Made by a program: the position numbers and the translations under genes
The notes under the pieces: model-generated
The model's input: only the letters and a program-made list of their open reading frames with translations
Databases searched by the model: none
What the model was told of the DNA's origin: nothing
Origin: Kofleriaceae bacterium
GTDB lineage: Bacteria; Myxococcota_A; Polyangia; Haliangiales; Haliangiaceae
Direction: 5' to 3'
DNA length: 16,539 nt
Assembly (NCBI GenBank): GCA_965215005.1
Contig: CBDCCZ010000056.1
Span: 1 to 16,539 of the forward strand
Shown here: one piece after another, positions 1 through 11,325 of the stretch
Layout: each line of letters starts with the position of its first letter
Numbering within the stretch: position 1 is the stretch's first letter

Positions 1-1310
1 ACGACTTCGCCGCCGCCGCCGTGGGCAAAGGCGCCGCCGCCATCGTCGTTGAACGCGAGCTCGATGGCCTCGGCGTGCCGCAATTGATCGTCCCCGACAC
101 CACCGCCGCGCTTGGACGTCTCGCTGGTGCTCTTGCGGGCAAGCCCGCCGCTGATCTCGTGATGATCGGCATCACCGGCACCAACGGCAAGACCACCTCC
201 ACCTATCTTCTCGAGGCCATGGTCGCCGCCGCCGGTTCCGCACCTGGAGTGATCGGCACCGTGAGCTACCGCTACGGTGGCAACGAGCACGAAGCGCCGT
301 ACACCACCCCACCACCGCGCCCATTCTCCATCGCACCCTCGCCGAAATGCGCGCCGCCGGAGCCACGCATGCCATTCTCGAAGCCCTCCTCGGCGGCGCT
401 GGCGATGCAGCGGCTCAGCGGCATTGGCTTTCGCGTCGCGGTGTTCAGTAACCTCACGCAAGATCATCTCGAGCTGCACGATTCAATGGACAGCTATCGC
501 GACGCCAAAGCGCGGCTGTTCCGCGACCATATGGCTGCCGACGGCGTAGCCGTGATCAACATCGACGACCCCGCCGGCGCGTTCATGGCAGCGGCCGCGG
601 GCGAGCATCGCGTGCTGCGCGTATCGACCCGAGCAGACAGCGCCGCTGAGGTCCGCGTGGTGCACGCAGCTTCGAGCATCGCGGGGATCGAGGCCCGCAT
701 CGCCACGCCCCGCGGCGAGCTCAGCATCGAATCCGCAGCGCTCATTGGCCAGTACAACATCGCCAACATCGCCGCTTGCGTGGCCGTGGGCGAGGCGCTC
801 GAGCTATCGCACGAGGCGATGGCGCGCGGCATCTGCCAGATGGCTGGCGTGCCGGGGCGGGTCGAGAAGGTCGCCAATGATCAAGAACTCGCGATTCTTG
901 TCGACTACGCGCACACCCCCGACGCCTTGGAGAACGTCCTAACCGCGCTGCGGCCGCTCACCCGCGATCGCCTCATCTGCGTGTTTGGTTGCGGCGGTGA
1001 TCGCGATCCGTCCAAGCGCCCCAAGATGGGCGCCGCCGTGGCCGCGCTCAGCCGACCTCAGCCGTGGTTACCTCCGACAACCCGCGTACCGAAGATCCGC
1101 AGTCGATTCTCGACATGATCGTTCCCGCGGTTCCGCAGCCGTTTTTCGTCGACGTCGATCGCCGCACCGCCATCGCTGCCGCGGTTGCGGAAGCCACCCC
1201 CGCCGATGTGGTCCTCATCGCCGGCAAAGGCCATGAGGACTATCAGATCCTCGGCACCAACAAGATTCACTTCGATGACCGCGAAGAAGCGGCCGCGGCC
1301 GCCGCCAATC
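1..1310 (+). CDS. murE: MurE moiety (meso-DAP ligase) of a MurE-MurF fusion; 5'-truncated by the window edge, with apparent indels near 312, 386, 1050 and 1060
   Basis: Frame is open from base 3 (DFAAAAVGKGAAAIVVE). Motifs GITGTNGKTT, NLTQDHL, VPGRVE, VDYAHTPDAL and FGCGGDRDPSKRPKMG; after a frame change near 1050-1060, TSDNPRTEDP and LIAGKGHEDYQ. Reading 314-385 in the shifted frame gives TAPILHRTLAEMRAAGATHAILEA, which is MurE-like. DNPR indicates meso-DAP specificity. Confidence 0.93.
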
Positions 1311-2656
1311 GCGCGCGCTTCACTGCCGACGAGCTTTGTGAAGCCACAGGCGGTCGATTGCATGGCGACATGCAGCCCCTGCAGCGGGTGATCATCGATG
1401 GCCGCAAAGCCGCTCCTGGCGATCTTTACGTGGCGATTCGCGGCGACACGCTGGACGGTCACGAATTTACCGAGCAGGCCATCGAGCGCGGCGCCAGTGG
1501 CGTGGTAGTGAGCGATGGCAAGCCGCGCGCGGTGGCAACGTTGATGGTGGAGGACACCCGGCTCGCGCTGGGGCGCATCGCCCGCGCCCATCGCCGCAAG
1601 TGGGGCAAGCGCGGCGTCGTTGCCCTCACCGGCTCCACCGGCAAGACCACCACCAAGTCCCTGATGCGGGCTGCGCTCGGCCGCCGCTTGCGCGTGCATG
1701 CCCCGCAGGGCTCGCTCAACAACGAGACCGGCGTGCCGCTCACGCTCCTCGGCCTGCGCGACTTTCACGACGTGGCGGTGTTGGAGATGGGCATGCGCGG
1801 CTTGGGGCAGATCGACTACTTGTGCGAAATCGCCGAGCCCGACGTCGGCGTCTTGCTCAACGTCGGCACCGCCCACTTGGGCGAGCTCGGCAGCACGGAC
1901 AATATTTTGGCTGCCAAAACCGAAATCTTTCGCCGCCTGCCCGATCATGGCTGCGCGGTGTTCTCCTGCGATGATCCGCGCATTCCACCGCATGCAGGGC
2001 ATCTGCGCCGGCGGGTGACGTTTGGCGAGAGCGCCGGCTCCGACGTTCGGCTCATCGCCTATGAAGCCAATGATGCTGGCAGCGCCGATGCCGAGTATCG
2101 CGTCGGTGGCCGCGACGTCGCGGTGCGCTTGCCGCTGGTGGGCCGCCACAACGCGATCAACGCCGCCTGTGCTCTTGCCACTGCCCTGGCGCTGGGCATC
2201 GACTTAGAAGATGCCTTGCTGGGAGTGGCGCAAGCCCGCAGTGAAGCAATGCGTGGTGAGATCGTCACCGTGGCCGGCCGGCAGCTCTTTCTCGACTGCT
2301 ACAACGCCAATCCGGCATCGATGGCGGCAGCGCTCGATACCGTCGCCGCGCTCGCCGGCTCACGCAGCGCGATCGCGGTGCTCGGTGACATGCTCGAGCT
2401 CGGCGACGCCGCCACCGAGCTGCACCGGCAAGTCGCCCAGCACGCCCGGCGGCTCGGCATGGGTGTGATCGCGCTCGGCACCCACGCCTCGGAGCTCGCC
2501 GGCGACACCGGCACGGTTGCCGATGACCCAGCCCACGCCGCGCGTCTGGCGCTGGAGCAGACCGAGGCCGGTGACTGGATTCTCTTAAAGGCCTCACGCG
2601 GCATGAAGCTCGAGCGCGTGCTCGCAGAGCTTTCCCGCGCAACGGGTGAAGAGTAG
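1311..2656 (+). CDS. murF: MurF moiety (D-Ala-D-Ala adding enzyme), in frame with the MurE C-terminal domain in ORF 1064..2656; domain boundary approximate
   Basis: Motifs LYVAIRGDTLDGHEF, ALTGSTGKTTTK, SLNNETGVPLTL, VLEMGM, DCYNANPASM, VLGDMLELG and KASRGMKLE; stop TAG at 2654-2656. Confidence 0.95.
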
Positions 2657-2668
2657 GGAGGCGCGAGC

Positions 2669-3817
2669 GTGCTGTTTCACCTGCTCTACGACATCCTCTC
2701 GCAGAACGAATCGCTGAGCTTTCTGCGGGTATTCCGCTACGTGTCAACGCGCCTCTTGGCTGCCGCCATCACCGCGCTGCTGATTTCGTTCGTGCTCGGC
2801 CCATGGTTCATTCAGCGGCTTCGCTCGCGGCAAATCGGCCAGCAAATCCGCAGCGACGGCCCGGCAACTCACATGAAGAAAGCCGGCACCCCGACCATGG
2901 GCGGCTCGCTGATTCTGTTCTCGCTGGTCACCGCCACCCTCCTCTGGTGCGACTTGACCAATCGCTTCGTGTGGCTTGCGTTGGCGGTTACTGTCGGCTT
3001 TGGCGCGATCGGCTTCGTCGACGATTACAACAAGGTCGCCCGCAAGAACACCAAAGGCATCTCTGGAAAGGTCCGCCTACTCATCGAGTTCTCCATCGCC
3101 GGCGCGGCGTTTTCCTACTTGTTCCTATCGGACATGATGGCGCCGTCGCTCGCGCATCAACTGCAGCTGCCGTTCACCAATTTCTACGAGCACACCATCG
3201 TGCTGCCGGCGTGGGCGTATATCGGCTTCGCCTCGTTCGTGGTGGTCGGATGCGCCAACGCGGTCAACCTCACCGACGGCCTCGACGGATTGGCGATTGG
3301 CCCAAGCATCATCAACGCCGGCACGTTCATGATCTTCGCGTATATCGCCGGCGTCGAAACCACGCTGCTGGTCGCAATGGGCGGCGAGCTGGTGCAGCAA
3401 AACATCGCCGAATACCTGCACCTGGCGCATATCCCAGGCACCGCCGAGCTCGCGATCTTCTGCGCCGCCATGTTCGGCGCCGGCGTCGGTTTCCTTTGGT
3501 ACAACGCCTATCCAGCCTCGGTGTTCATGGGCGATGTCGGCTCGCTGTCGCTTGGCGGCGCGATCGGCATGCTCGCGGTGCTCACCAAGAATGAGCTGGT
3601 GCTCGCGCTGGTGGGCGGCCTGTTCGTCATCGAAGCGCTGAGCGTGATCATCCAGGTCGGCAGCTTCAAGATGCGCAAGAAGCGAGTGTTTCGCATGGCG
3701 CCCATCCACCACCATTTCGAGCTCAAAGGCTGGGAAGAGCCCAAGATCATCGTGCGATTTTGGCTCATCAGCCTGCTCTTGGCCCTGCTCGCGCTCGGGA
3801 CACTCAAGCTGCGATGA
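2669..3817 (+). CDS. mraY: Phospho-N-acetylmuramoyl-pentapeptide transferase
   Basis: KAGTPTMGG, GFVDDY, NAVNLTDGLDGLA, VFMGDVGSL and MAPIHHHFE; multiple hydrophobic helices; GGAGG SD before the GTG start. Confidence 0.97.
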   Translation: MLFHLLYDILSQNESLSFLRVFRYVSTRLLAAAITALLISFVLGPWFIQRLRSRQIGQQIRSDGPATHMKKAGTPTMGGSLILFSLVTATLLWCDLTNRFVWLALAVTVGFGAIGFVDDYNKVARKNTKGISGKVRLLIEFSIAGAAFSYLFLSDMMAPSLAHQLQLPFTNFYEHTIVLPAWAYIGFASFVVVGCANAVNLTDGLDGLAIGPSIINAGTFMIFAYIAGVETTLLVAMGGELVQQNIAEYLHLAHIPGTAELAIFCAAMFGAGVGFLWYNAYPASVFMGDVGSLSLGGAIGMLAVLTKNELVLALVGGLFVIEALSVIIQVGSFKMRKKRVFRMAPIHHHFELKGWEEPKIIVRFWLISLLLALLALGTLKLR

Positions 3818-5226
3818 AACTCGAGGGCAAGCGCGTGGTCGTGGTCGGTTTGGCGCAGACCGGCATCGCAGTAGCCAAGTTCTGCGCGCGGCGCGGTGCC
3901 AGCGTGCTCGTCACCGATGCTGGCTCGCCCGAGAAGCTGGCGCCGCGGGTGGAGCAGCTCGACGGCTGCGCCGAGCTCGAGCTCGGAGGCCATCACACAG
4001 CCAGCTTCACCTCCGCAGATCTAGTGGTGATGTCACCGGGGGTGCCGGAGCTGGCGGAAACGCGGGCGGCGCGCGCCGCTGGCGTCGAGGTCATCGCGGA
4101 GATCGAGCTGGCGCATCGCTTCTTCCACCCCGATGCGGCGCTCATCGCGATCACCGGCACCAACGGAAAGTCGACCACCACGGCGCTGACAGGGTCGCTG
4201 TGCGCGGCTTCGGGATACCCGACCTTCTGCGGCGGTAATCTCGGCAACATGCCGCTCATCGACGCCGTCGATCATCCTGCCAACGCGCCCGGCGGCCTCA
4301 TCGTCGCCGAGGTCGCCGGCTTCATGCTGGAGACGTGCACGAGCTTTCGCCCAAAAGTGGCCGCGTGCCTCAACATCACCGAGGATCATCTCGATCGCTA
4401 CGGAACGATGGAGGTGTACGCTTCGATGAAGACGCGCGTGTATCGCTGGCAGACCGCCGACGACTTCGCCATCGCCAACGCCGCCTGCGCGCGTGCGGTG
4501 GCGGGAGCGCGAGCGGCTCGCGGCCAGCTGCATCTCTTTTCCTCGGCAGGCGAGCGCGGCGAGCCGATCGAGCGCGGTGCGTTCATCACCGCGGATCGGC
4601 AGCGCTTGCACCTTCGGCTCGACAGCGGCGACGAAGAGTATCCAGTGAGTGATCTGCCAATTATCGGCACGCACAACCTGGAGAATGCCTTGGCGGCGTA
4701 TCTGGCGGCGCGACTGGTGGCAGTTTCTCCGCTCGCGGTGCGTGCCGGTGCGCGCGACTACGTGCCGCAGAAGCACCGCATGGAGCGCATTGCAGAGAAA
4801 GACGGCATCGTCTACTTCGACGACTCCAAAGGCACCAACGTGGCCGCGGTGGCCGCTTCAATGAACGGATTTCCGCAGCCGGTGGTACTCATCGCCGGCG
4901 GCGTCGATAAGGGCGGCTCGTACCAGCCAATGCTCGAGGCGCTGGCCGGCAACTGTCGCGGCATCGTGCTCATCGGCCAGGCCGCGGCGCTGATTCGCGA
5001 CGCGACCAGCGGCTTTGGCGTCGATTATCCAGTCATCGATGCCATCTCTATGGACGAAGCCGTGGTCAAGGCGACCGCGCTAGCACAGCCGGGCGATGCG
5101 GTGGTGCTCTCACCGGCGTGCTCGAGTTACGACATGTTCGCGCACTTCGGCGAGCGCGGCATGGCGTTCCGCGCCGCCGCCAGCGCGATAGGCGCCCGCC
5201 GGCTCGATCGCGAGCGGCAATCATGA
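3814..5226 (+). CDS. murD: UDP-MurNAc-L-Ala:D-Glu ligase
   Basis: ATG 3814 overlaps the mraY stop (ATGA). Motifs VVMSPGVP, ITGTNGKSTTT, LNITEDHLDRY, DDSKGTN, LIAGGVDKG and LSPACSSYDMF. Confidence 0.96.
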   Translation: MKLEGKRVVVVGLAQTGIAVAKFCARRGASVLVTDAGSPEKLAPRVEQLDGCAELELGGHHTASFTSADLVVMSPGVPELAETRAARAAGVEVIAEIELAHRFFHPDAALIAITGTNGKSTTTALTGSLCAASGYPTFCGGNLGNMPLIDAVDHPANAPGGLIVAEVAGFMLETCTSFRPKVAACLNITEDHLDRYGTMEVYASMKTRVYRWQTADDFAIANAACARAVAGARAARGQLHLFSSAGERGEPIERGAFITADRQRLHLRLDSGDEEYPVSDLPIIGTHNLENALAAYLAARLVAVSPLAVRAGARDYVPQKHRMERIAEKDGIVYFDDSKGTNVAAVAASMNGFPQPVVLIAGGVDKGGSYQPMLEALAGNCRGIVLIGQAAALIRDATSGFGVDYPVIDAISMDEAVVKATALAQPGDAVVLSPACSSYDMFAHFGERGMAFRAAASAIGARRLDRERQS

Positions 5227-6452
5227 AGGAGCCGAAAATCGAGCCTGGGCAATCGGCGTCCACCTTGGCCGCGCAAGCGCCGATCGTCGAGGTACCCGAG
5301 CGCAAAGTTGACCTCGTGTTGCTGGCCGCCGTGCTCACCCTGCTGGTGATCGGCACGGTCGAGATCTTCAGCTCGAGCGCGGTGTATGCGCTCAAGCGCT
5401 ATGGCGACTCGACGTTTTTCGTCCGCCGCCAGCTCATCTGGCTGGGGCTTGGCTTCATCGGCCTCTACTTCGGCGCTACCAGCGATTATCGCTGGCTGCG
5501 GCGGTGGACGTATCCGCTGTTGGCGGCGTCGATAACGATGCTGATTCTGGTGCTGTTCATCGGCGCCAACATCAACTCGGCGCACCGCTGGTTCCACATT
5601 GGACCGCTTTCCGTTCAACCAGTGGAGGTAGCCAAGCTCTCGCTCATCACCTACTTGGCCTATAGCCTCGGCAAGAAGGCCGACAAGGTGAAGACCTTCA
5701 CCATCGGCTTCGTGCCGCACCTGGTGGTGTGCGCGGTGATGATGGTCTTCTTGCTCAAGCAGCCCGACCTCGGCTCGTCGATCATCTTGGGAACGATGAC
5801 GCTCACGCTGCTGTTCGTCGCCGGCGCCAAGATCTCCTATATCGCCCTGGCAGTGCTCGCCGCGGCGCCGATTGCCTATCAGCTGGTGGTGGGCACGCCG
5901 TGGCGCTTGCAGCGGTTCATGGCGTATTTCAATCCCGAGGCCTTCAGTCAGGGCGTCGCGTATCAGATCGTCCAATCGCAGATCGCCATCGGCTCCGGCG
6001 GAACCGGCGGCGTGGGCCTCGGAGATGGTCGGCAGCAGCTCGGCTACATGCCGGAAGGCCATTCCGACTTCATCATGTCGGCGGTGGGCGAGGAGCTCGG
6101 TTTCATCGGCTTCGTGCTCATCCTCAGCCTGTTTGCCGTCATCGTTTGGCGCGGCGCCCGCGCCGCCCTCGGCGCTCGCGAGGTCTTCGGCAGCTACCTC
6201 GCCTTCGGCATCACCGTCACGTTCGCACTGCAAGCGCTGATCAACACCGGCGTCACGCTGGGCGCGCTGCCGGCCAAGGGCCTCACCCTGCCGTTGGTGA
6301 GCTACGGCGGCTCATCGCTCATCATGGCGATGTACATGGCGGGGCTACTGCTAGCGGTGGGCATGCGCAAATCGCCGCGGCCCATGCAGCGCGAGCTGGT
6401 CAACGCCGTGGGCGCGCGCCGCAAAAAGCAGCGAGTGGTGATCGTGTGCTGA
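5223..6452 (+). CDS. ftsW: SEDS peptidoglycan polymerase FtsW
   Basis: ATG 5223 overlaps the murD stop. Motifs AHRWFHIGPLSVQPVEVAK, KQPDLG, YQIVQSQIAIGSGG, MPEGHSDFI and GLTLPLVSYGGSS; lies between murD and murG. Confidence 0.96.
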   Translation: MKEPKIEPGQSASTLAAQAPIVEVPERKVDLVLLAAVLTLLVIGTVEIFSSSAVYALKRYGDSTFFVRRQLIWLGLGFIGLYFGATSDYRWLRRWTYPLLAASITMLILVLFIGANINSAHRWFHIGPLSVQPVEVAKLSLITYLAYSLGKKADKVKTFTIGFVPHLVVCAVMMVFLLKQPDLGSSIILGTMTLTLLFVAGAKISYIALAVLAAAPIAYQLVVGTPWRLQRFMAYFNPEAFSQGVAYQIVQSQIAIGSGGTGGVGLGDGRQQLGYMPEGHSDFIMSAVGEELGFIGFVLILSLFAVIVWRGARAALGAREVFGSYLAFGITVTFALQALINTGVTLGALPAKGLTLPLVSYGGSSLIMAMYMAGLLLAVGMRKSPRPMQRELVNAVGARRKKQRVVIVC

Positions 6453-6498
6453 GCGCTGCAGCGCCAGATCGCCGCGCCGCGCGCGCCTGGAGCCCGCA

Positions 6499-7576
6499 TT
6501 GCGCCTCATGATCGCCGGCGGCGGCACCGGCGGCCACTTGTTTCCAGGCGTGGCCATCGCCGAAGAGGCACGCGCTCGTCATCCCAATGCCGAAATCGTG
6601 TTCGTTGGGACCGAACGCGGCATCGAGGCGCGCGTGTTGCCGGAGCTTGGCTGGCCGCTCGAGCTGATCGAGATATCCGGTCTCAAGACCGTGGGCTTGC
6701 GCGGCGCCCTGCGCGGGATGTGGCGAATTCCGCGGGCCCTGGCGCAGTCGCGCCGGCTGCTGTTGCGGCGCCGCCCCGACGTGGTGCTCGGCGTCGGCGG
6801 CTACGCCTCGGGGCCGGTGGTGCTGATGGCGCGCCTGATGGGCATCTCCACCGCAATCCTCGAGCAGAACTCGATTCCTGGGCTCGCCAATAAGATCCTC
6901 GGCAAAGTCGCCGAGGCTGTATTTCTGGCTTTCGACGAGACCCGCCGGTTCTTCTCCGCACAAAAGATCCTCATGACCGGCAATCCCATCCGCCGGGACA
7001 TCCTCGCGCGGCTCGAGCAACCCGCCCCCGCGTCTCGCAGCGGCCGTCCACGAGTGTTCGTGTTTGGCGGCTCGCAAGGAGCCCTGCGGCTCAATGAGTT
7101 GGTTGCAGACGCGGCCGCCCTACTCCACCACCGCGGCATGTCGCTCGACCTCCTGCATCAAACCGGCGCGCGCAGCTTGGAAGAAACTCGCGCTCGCTAT
7201 CTCGCCGCGGGAATCGCAGCCGACCTCCGACCGTTTATCGACGACATGGCTGGCGAATATCATCGTGCGGACTTGGTCATCGCGCGAGCCGGCGCCACCA
7301 CCGTGGCCGAGCTCAGCGTTGTCGGGGTTCCGGCGATCCTGGTGCCCTATCCTTACGCGGCGGATAATCATCAAGAACTCAACGCCCGCGAGCTCGCCAA
7401 CGCCGGCGCCGCGCGGCTGCTTCGCGAGTCAGACTTGACACCCCAGCGGCTCGCGGACGAGATTGCGGAGTTGCTCACGGATCGCTCGGCGCTGACGCAT
7501 ATGCGCGCGGCCATGCAACGCCTCGGCAAGCCCGGGGCGGCGCAGGCGATCGTCGACTGGTGTGAGGCTCGAGCCA

Positions 7577-7587
<11 letters not shown>
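6499..7587 (+). CDS. murG: Lipid II GlcNAc transferase MurG
   Basis: AGGGTGGHLFPG, GVGGYASGP, EQNSIPGLANK, TGNPIR, FGGSQGA, RAGATTVAE and HQELNA; TTG start with GGAG at 6489-6492. Confidence 0.97.
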
Positions 7588-8995
<1,408 letters not shown>

Positions 8996-8999
8996 CCTC

Positions 9000-9956
9000 G
9001 TGGCGCGCGGCAGCCGCAGCATCCTGTCGGACGACGATCGTCGTCACCTCACTGAGCTCACCGGTGGTGAGGTTCGCTTCGACGACCCGATGTCGCGACG
9101 CACCACCCTCAAGCTCGGAGGTCCCGCCGATGCGGTCGTGCAGCCGAGCAGCGTGTCGATGTTACAAGCGGTGGTGCGAGCATGCGTCGAGCGCGGTTTG
9201 CCGATGCTGTCGGTGGGTGGCGGCTCGAATCTGCTGGTCCGCGATGGCGGAATTCGCGGTGTCGTCCTCTCAACCCGCAAGCTGCGCCGCATCGAATGCC
9301 GCGGCATCCAGATCGAGGTCGAAGCCGGTGTGTCGACTGGCAAGCTCCTGCACGTCGCGACCGAGCACGAGCTCGGCGGGGTGGAGTTTCTCGGCGGTGT
9401 CCCGGGCTCCGTTGGCGGCGGCATGATCATGAACGCTGGCACCTATCTCGGCGAGTTCACCGACGTCACGCAGCACGTGCGCACGGTACGGCTTCGTGAC
9501 GGCGAGCTCGTGACGCGAGATCACCAAGCCTGCGGTTTTCGCTATCGCGCTTCCGACCTGCCGAGCGATGAAATCGTGGTGAGCGCCGAGTTGCTGTTGC
9601 GCGAGCGGGCGCGCAGCGAGATCGAGGCCGAGGTGGCAGCGCTTCGCGAAGGGCGCCATCAGCGCGAGCCCAAGAAGGTTTCCAACGCCGGGTCGACGTT
9701 CAAGAATCCGCCGGGCGATTACGCCGGCCGGCTCATCGAAGCCGCCGGACTCAAGGGCATGCGTATCGGCGGCGCCGAGTGCTCCCCCGCGCACGCCAAC
9801 TGGCTCGTCAACACCGGGTCAGCCACGGCCGCGGAGCTGCTCGCGCTCATCGAGCACGTCCGCGCGCGGGTCGAGGCAGTGCATGGCGTGGTCCTCGAGC
9901 TCGAGGTCAAGGTCATTGGAGAAGACGGGGCCGATAGCCAAGGAGAGGCATCATGA
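9000..9956 (+). CDS. murB: UDP-N-acetylenolpyruvoylglucosamine reductase
   Basis: TTLKLGGPAD, GGGSNLLVRDGG, PGSVGGGMIMNAG, FRYRAS, NAGSTFKNP, HANWLVN and LELEV. Confidence 0.96.
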   Translation: MARGSRSILSDDDRRHLTELTGGEVRFDDPMSRRTTLKLGGPADAVVQPSSVSMLQAVVRACVERGLPMLSVGGGSNLLVRDGGIRGVVLSTRKLRRIECRGIQIEVEAGVSTGKLLHVATEHELGGVEFLGGVPGSVGGGMIMNAGTYLGEFTDVTQHVRTVRLRDGELVTRDHQACGFRYRASDLPSDEIVVSAELLLRERARSEIEAEVAALREGRHQREPKKVSNAGSTFKNPPGDYAGRLIEAAGLKGMRIGGAECSPAHANWLVNTGSATAAELLALIEHVRARVEAVHGVVLELEVKVIGEDGADSQGEAS

Positions 9957-10846
9957 AGAACAAGCGTATTGGCGTGTTGATGGGCGGACTGTCCTCTGAG
10001 CGCGAGGTATCGCTCGAGTCAGGCGCGGGCGCCATCGCGGCGCTGCGTGAGCGCGGCTACGACGTCGTCGCCATCGACTGGCGAGCCGGCACCTCGCTGG
10101 CGACGCTACTCACCGCGGAGCGCGTTGAGGTGGTGTGGAACGCGCTGCACGGCACCTACGGCGAAGATGGCGCGGTGCAGGGCCTGTGCGCGTGTCTCGG
10201 AATTTCTTGCACCGGGTCTGGAATTCTGGCCAGCGCGTTGGCGATGGATAAGGTCGCCTCCAAGCGAATCTTCGACTCGTTTGGCATCGCCACACCGCGT
10301 TGGCGGGTTATCGAGGGAAGTGACGTCGGTGATTTCGCGCCGCCGATGGTCATCAAGCCCGCCCGCGAAGGCTCATCGGTTGGCGTGTCGGTGGTGCGCG
10401 AGGAACGCGCTATCGCCGCGGCCATCGCAACGGCACGCGCTCACGAAGGTCCCACGCTGATCGAAGAGTTCATCGAGGGCCCGGAGCTTTGTGTGGGCGT
10501 GCTCGGAAGCCAGGTCATCGGCTCGCTCGAGATTCGCCCCGCGAGTGGCTTTTACGACTACGAAGCCAAGTACGTACGCGATGACACCCAGTACCTCATT
10601 CCGGTGCCGCTGCCGGCGGCGGTGCTCGCGTGTGCCGAGGCGTTGGCGCTGGCCGCGTACTGCGCCCTCGATTGCTCCGGCTACGGCCGCGTCGATCTGC
10701 GCATCGACAAACGCGGCGCGCCGTTCGTCCTCGAGGTCAACACCCTGCCCGGCATGACGAGCCACAGCCTATTGCCGAAGATCGCGGCGCACGCCGGCAT
10801 TGATTACGGCACTCTCTGCGAGCGCATCTTGGCGTCTGCTCACTGA
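9953..10846 (+). CDS. ddl: D-alanine--D-alanine ligase
   Basis: GGLSSEREVSLESG, LHGTYGEDG, MDK, KPAREGSS, omega loop FYDYEAKY and LEVNTLPGMT; AGGAGAGG SD and ATGA overlap with murB. Confidence 0.97.
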   Translation: MKNKRIGVLMGGLSSEREVSLESGAGAIAALRERGYDVVAIDWRAGTSLATLLTAERVEVVWNALHGTYGEDGAVQGLCACLGISCTGSGILASALAMDKVASKRIFDSFGIATPRWRVIEGSDVGDFAPPMVIKPAREGSSVGVSVVREERAIAAAIATARAHEGPTLIEEFIEGPELCVGVLGSQVIGSLEIRPASGFYDYEAKYVRDDTQYLIPVPLPAAVLACAEALALAAYCALDCSGYGRVDLRIDKRGAPFVLEVNTLPGMTSHSLLPKIAAHAGIDYGTLCERILASAH

Positions 10847-10863
10847 ATGCTGCCGCGTGAGGC

Positions 10864-11325
10864 CTATCTAGTTAGATATGCCTGGCGCGCATCGCGGAAG
10901 TCGCCGCGGTAGGCGAAGTCGACCTCGACGGGGCCTTTCTGGGTGGCAAAACGCATTGTGCCGCGCACGGTGTAGGCGGTGCGGCCTTCGGCGATGCGGT
11001 CCGCGAGCGCGATGGCATCGCTATCTTCGAGGGTCACCATCTCGACGAGCGGCTCGCTATCGCGCGCGGCGATGGTCTTGCCGATGTTCACGTGGCCAGT
11101 GACGGCGGCTGCGCCCTCTAGCTCGAGGCGCCAAGCGAGATGCTCGAGCGGAACGCCGTAGGTATTGGGGTTGAACACGTCGAAGGCGAGCTCGCCCTCG
11201 ACCGCGCGGGCCGACACGCTGGTGATCGCAAGACCCTTGGCATCCACGGTCGGTCCCTCGGCGGGTTTAGGAACGGTGGCACATGCGGCCACGAGCAGGA
11301 TGAGGGGTACAGCAATACGGAGCAT
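10864..11325 (-). CDS. LEA type 2 / WHy-domain lipoprotein (about 153 aa)
   Basis: ATG 11325 gives the signal MLRIAVPLILLVAA|C (lipobox). The family NPN motif appears in FDVFNPNTYGVPL, followed by an alternating beta-strand pattern ending YTVRGTMRF. Confidence 0.8.
   Translation of the reverse strand: MLRIAVPLILLVAACATVPKPAEGPTVDAKGLAITSVSARAVEGELAFDVFNPNTYGVPLEHLAWRLELEGAAAVTGHVNIGKTIAARDSEPLVEMVTLEDSDAIALADRIAEGRTAYTVRGTMRFATQKGPVEVDFAYRGDFRDARQAYLTR

Noticed and set aside
1064..1066. GTG 1064 as the start of a stand-alone murF
   Set aside because: It lies inside the MurE C-terminal domain (VVTSDNPR) and is exposed only by the frameshift.
3760..7576. Upstream starts for murD (3760), ftsW (5118) and murC (7562)
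   Set aside because: Downstream ATGs at 3814, 5223 and 7577 give coupled overlaps and family-like N-termini.
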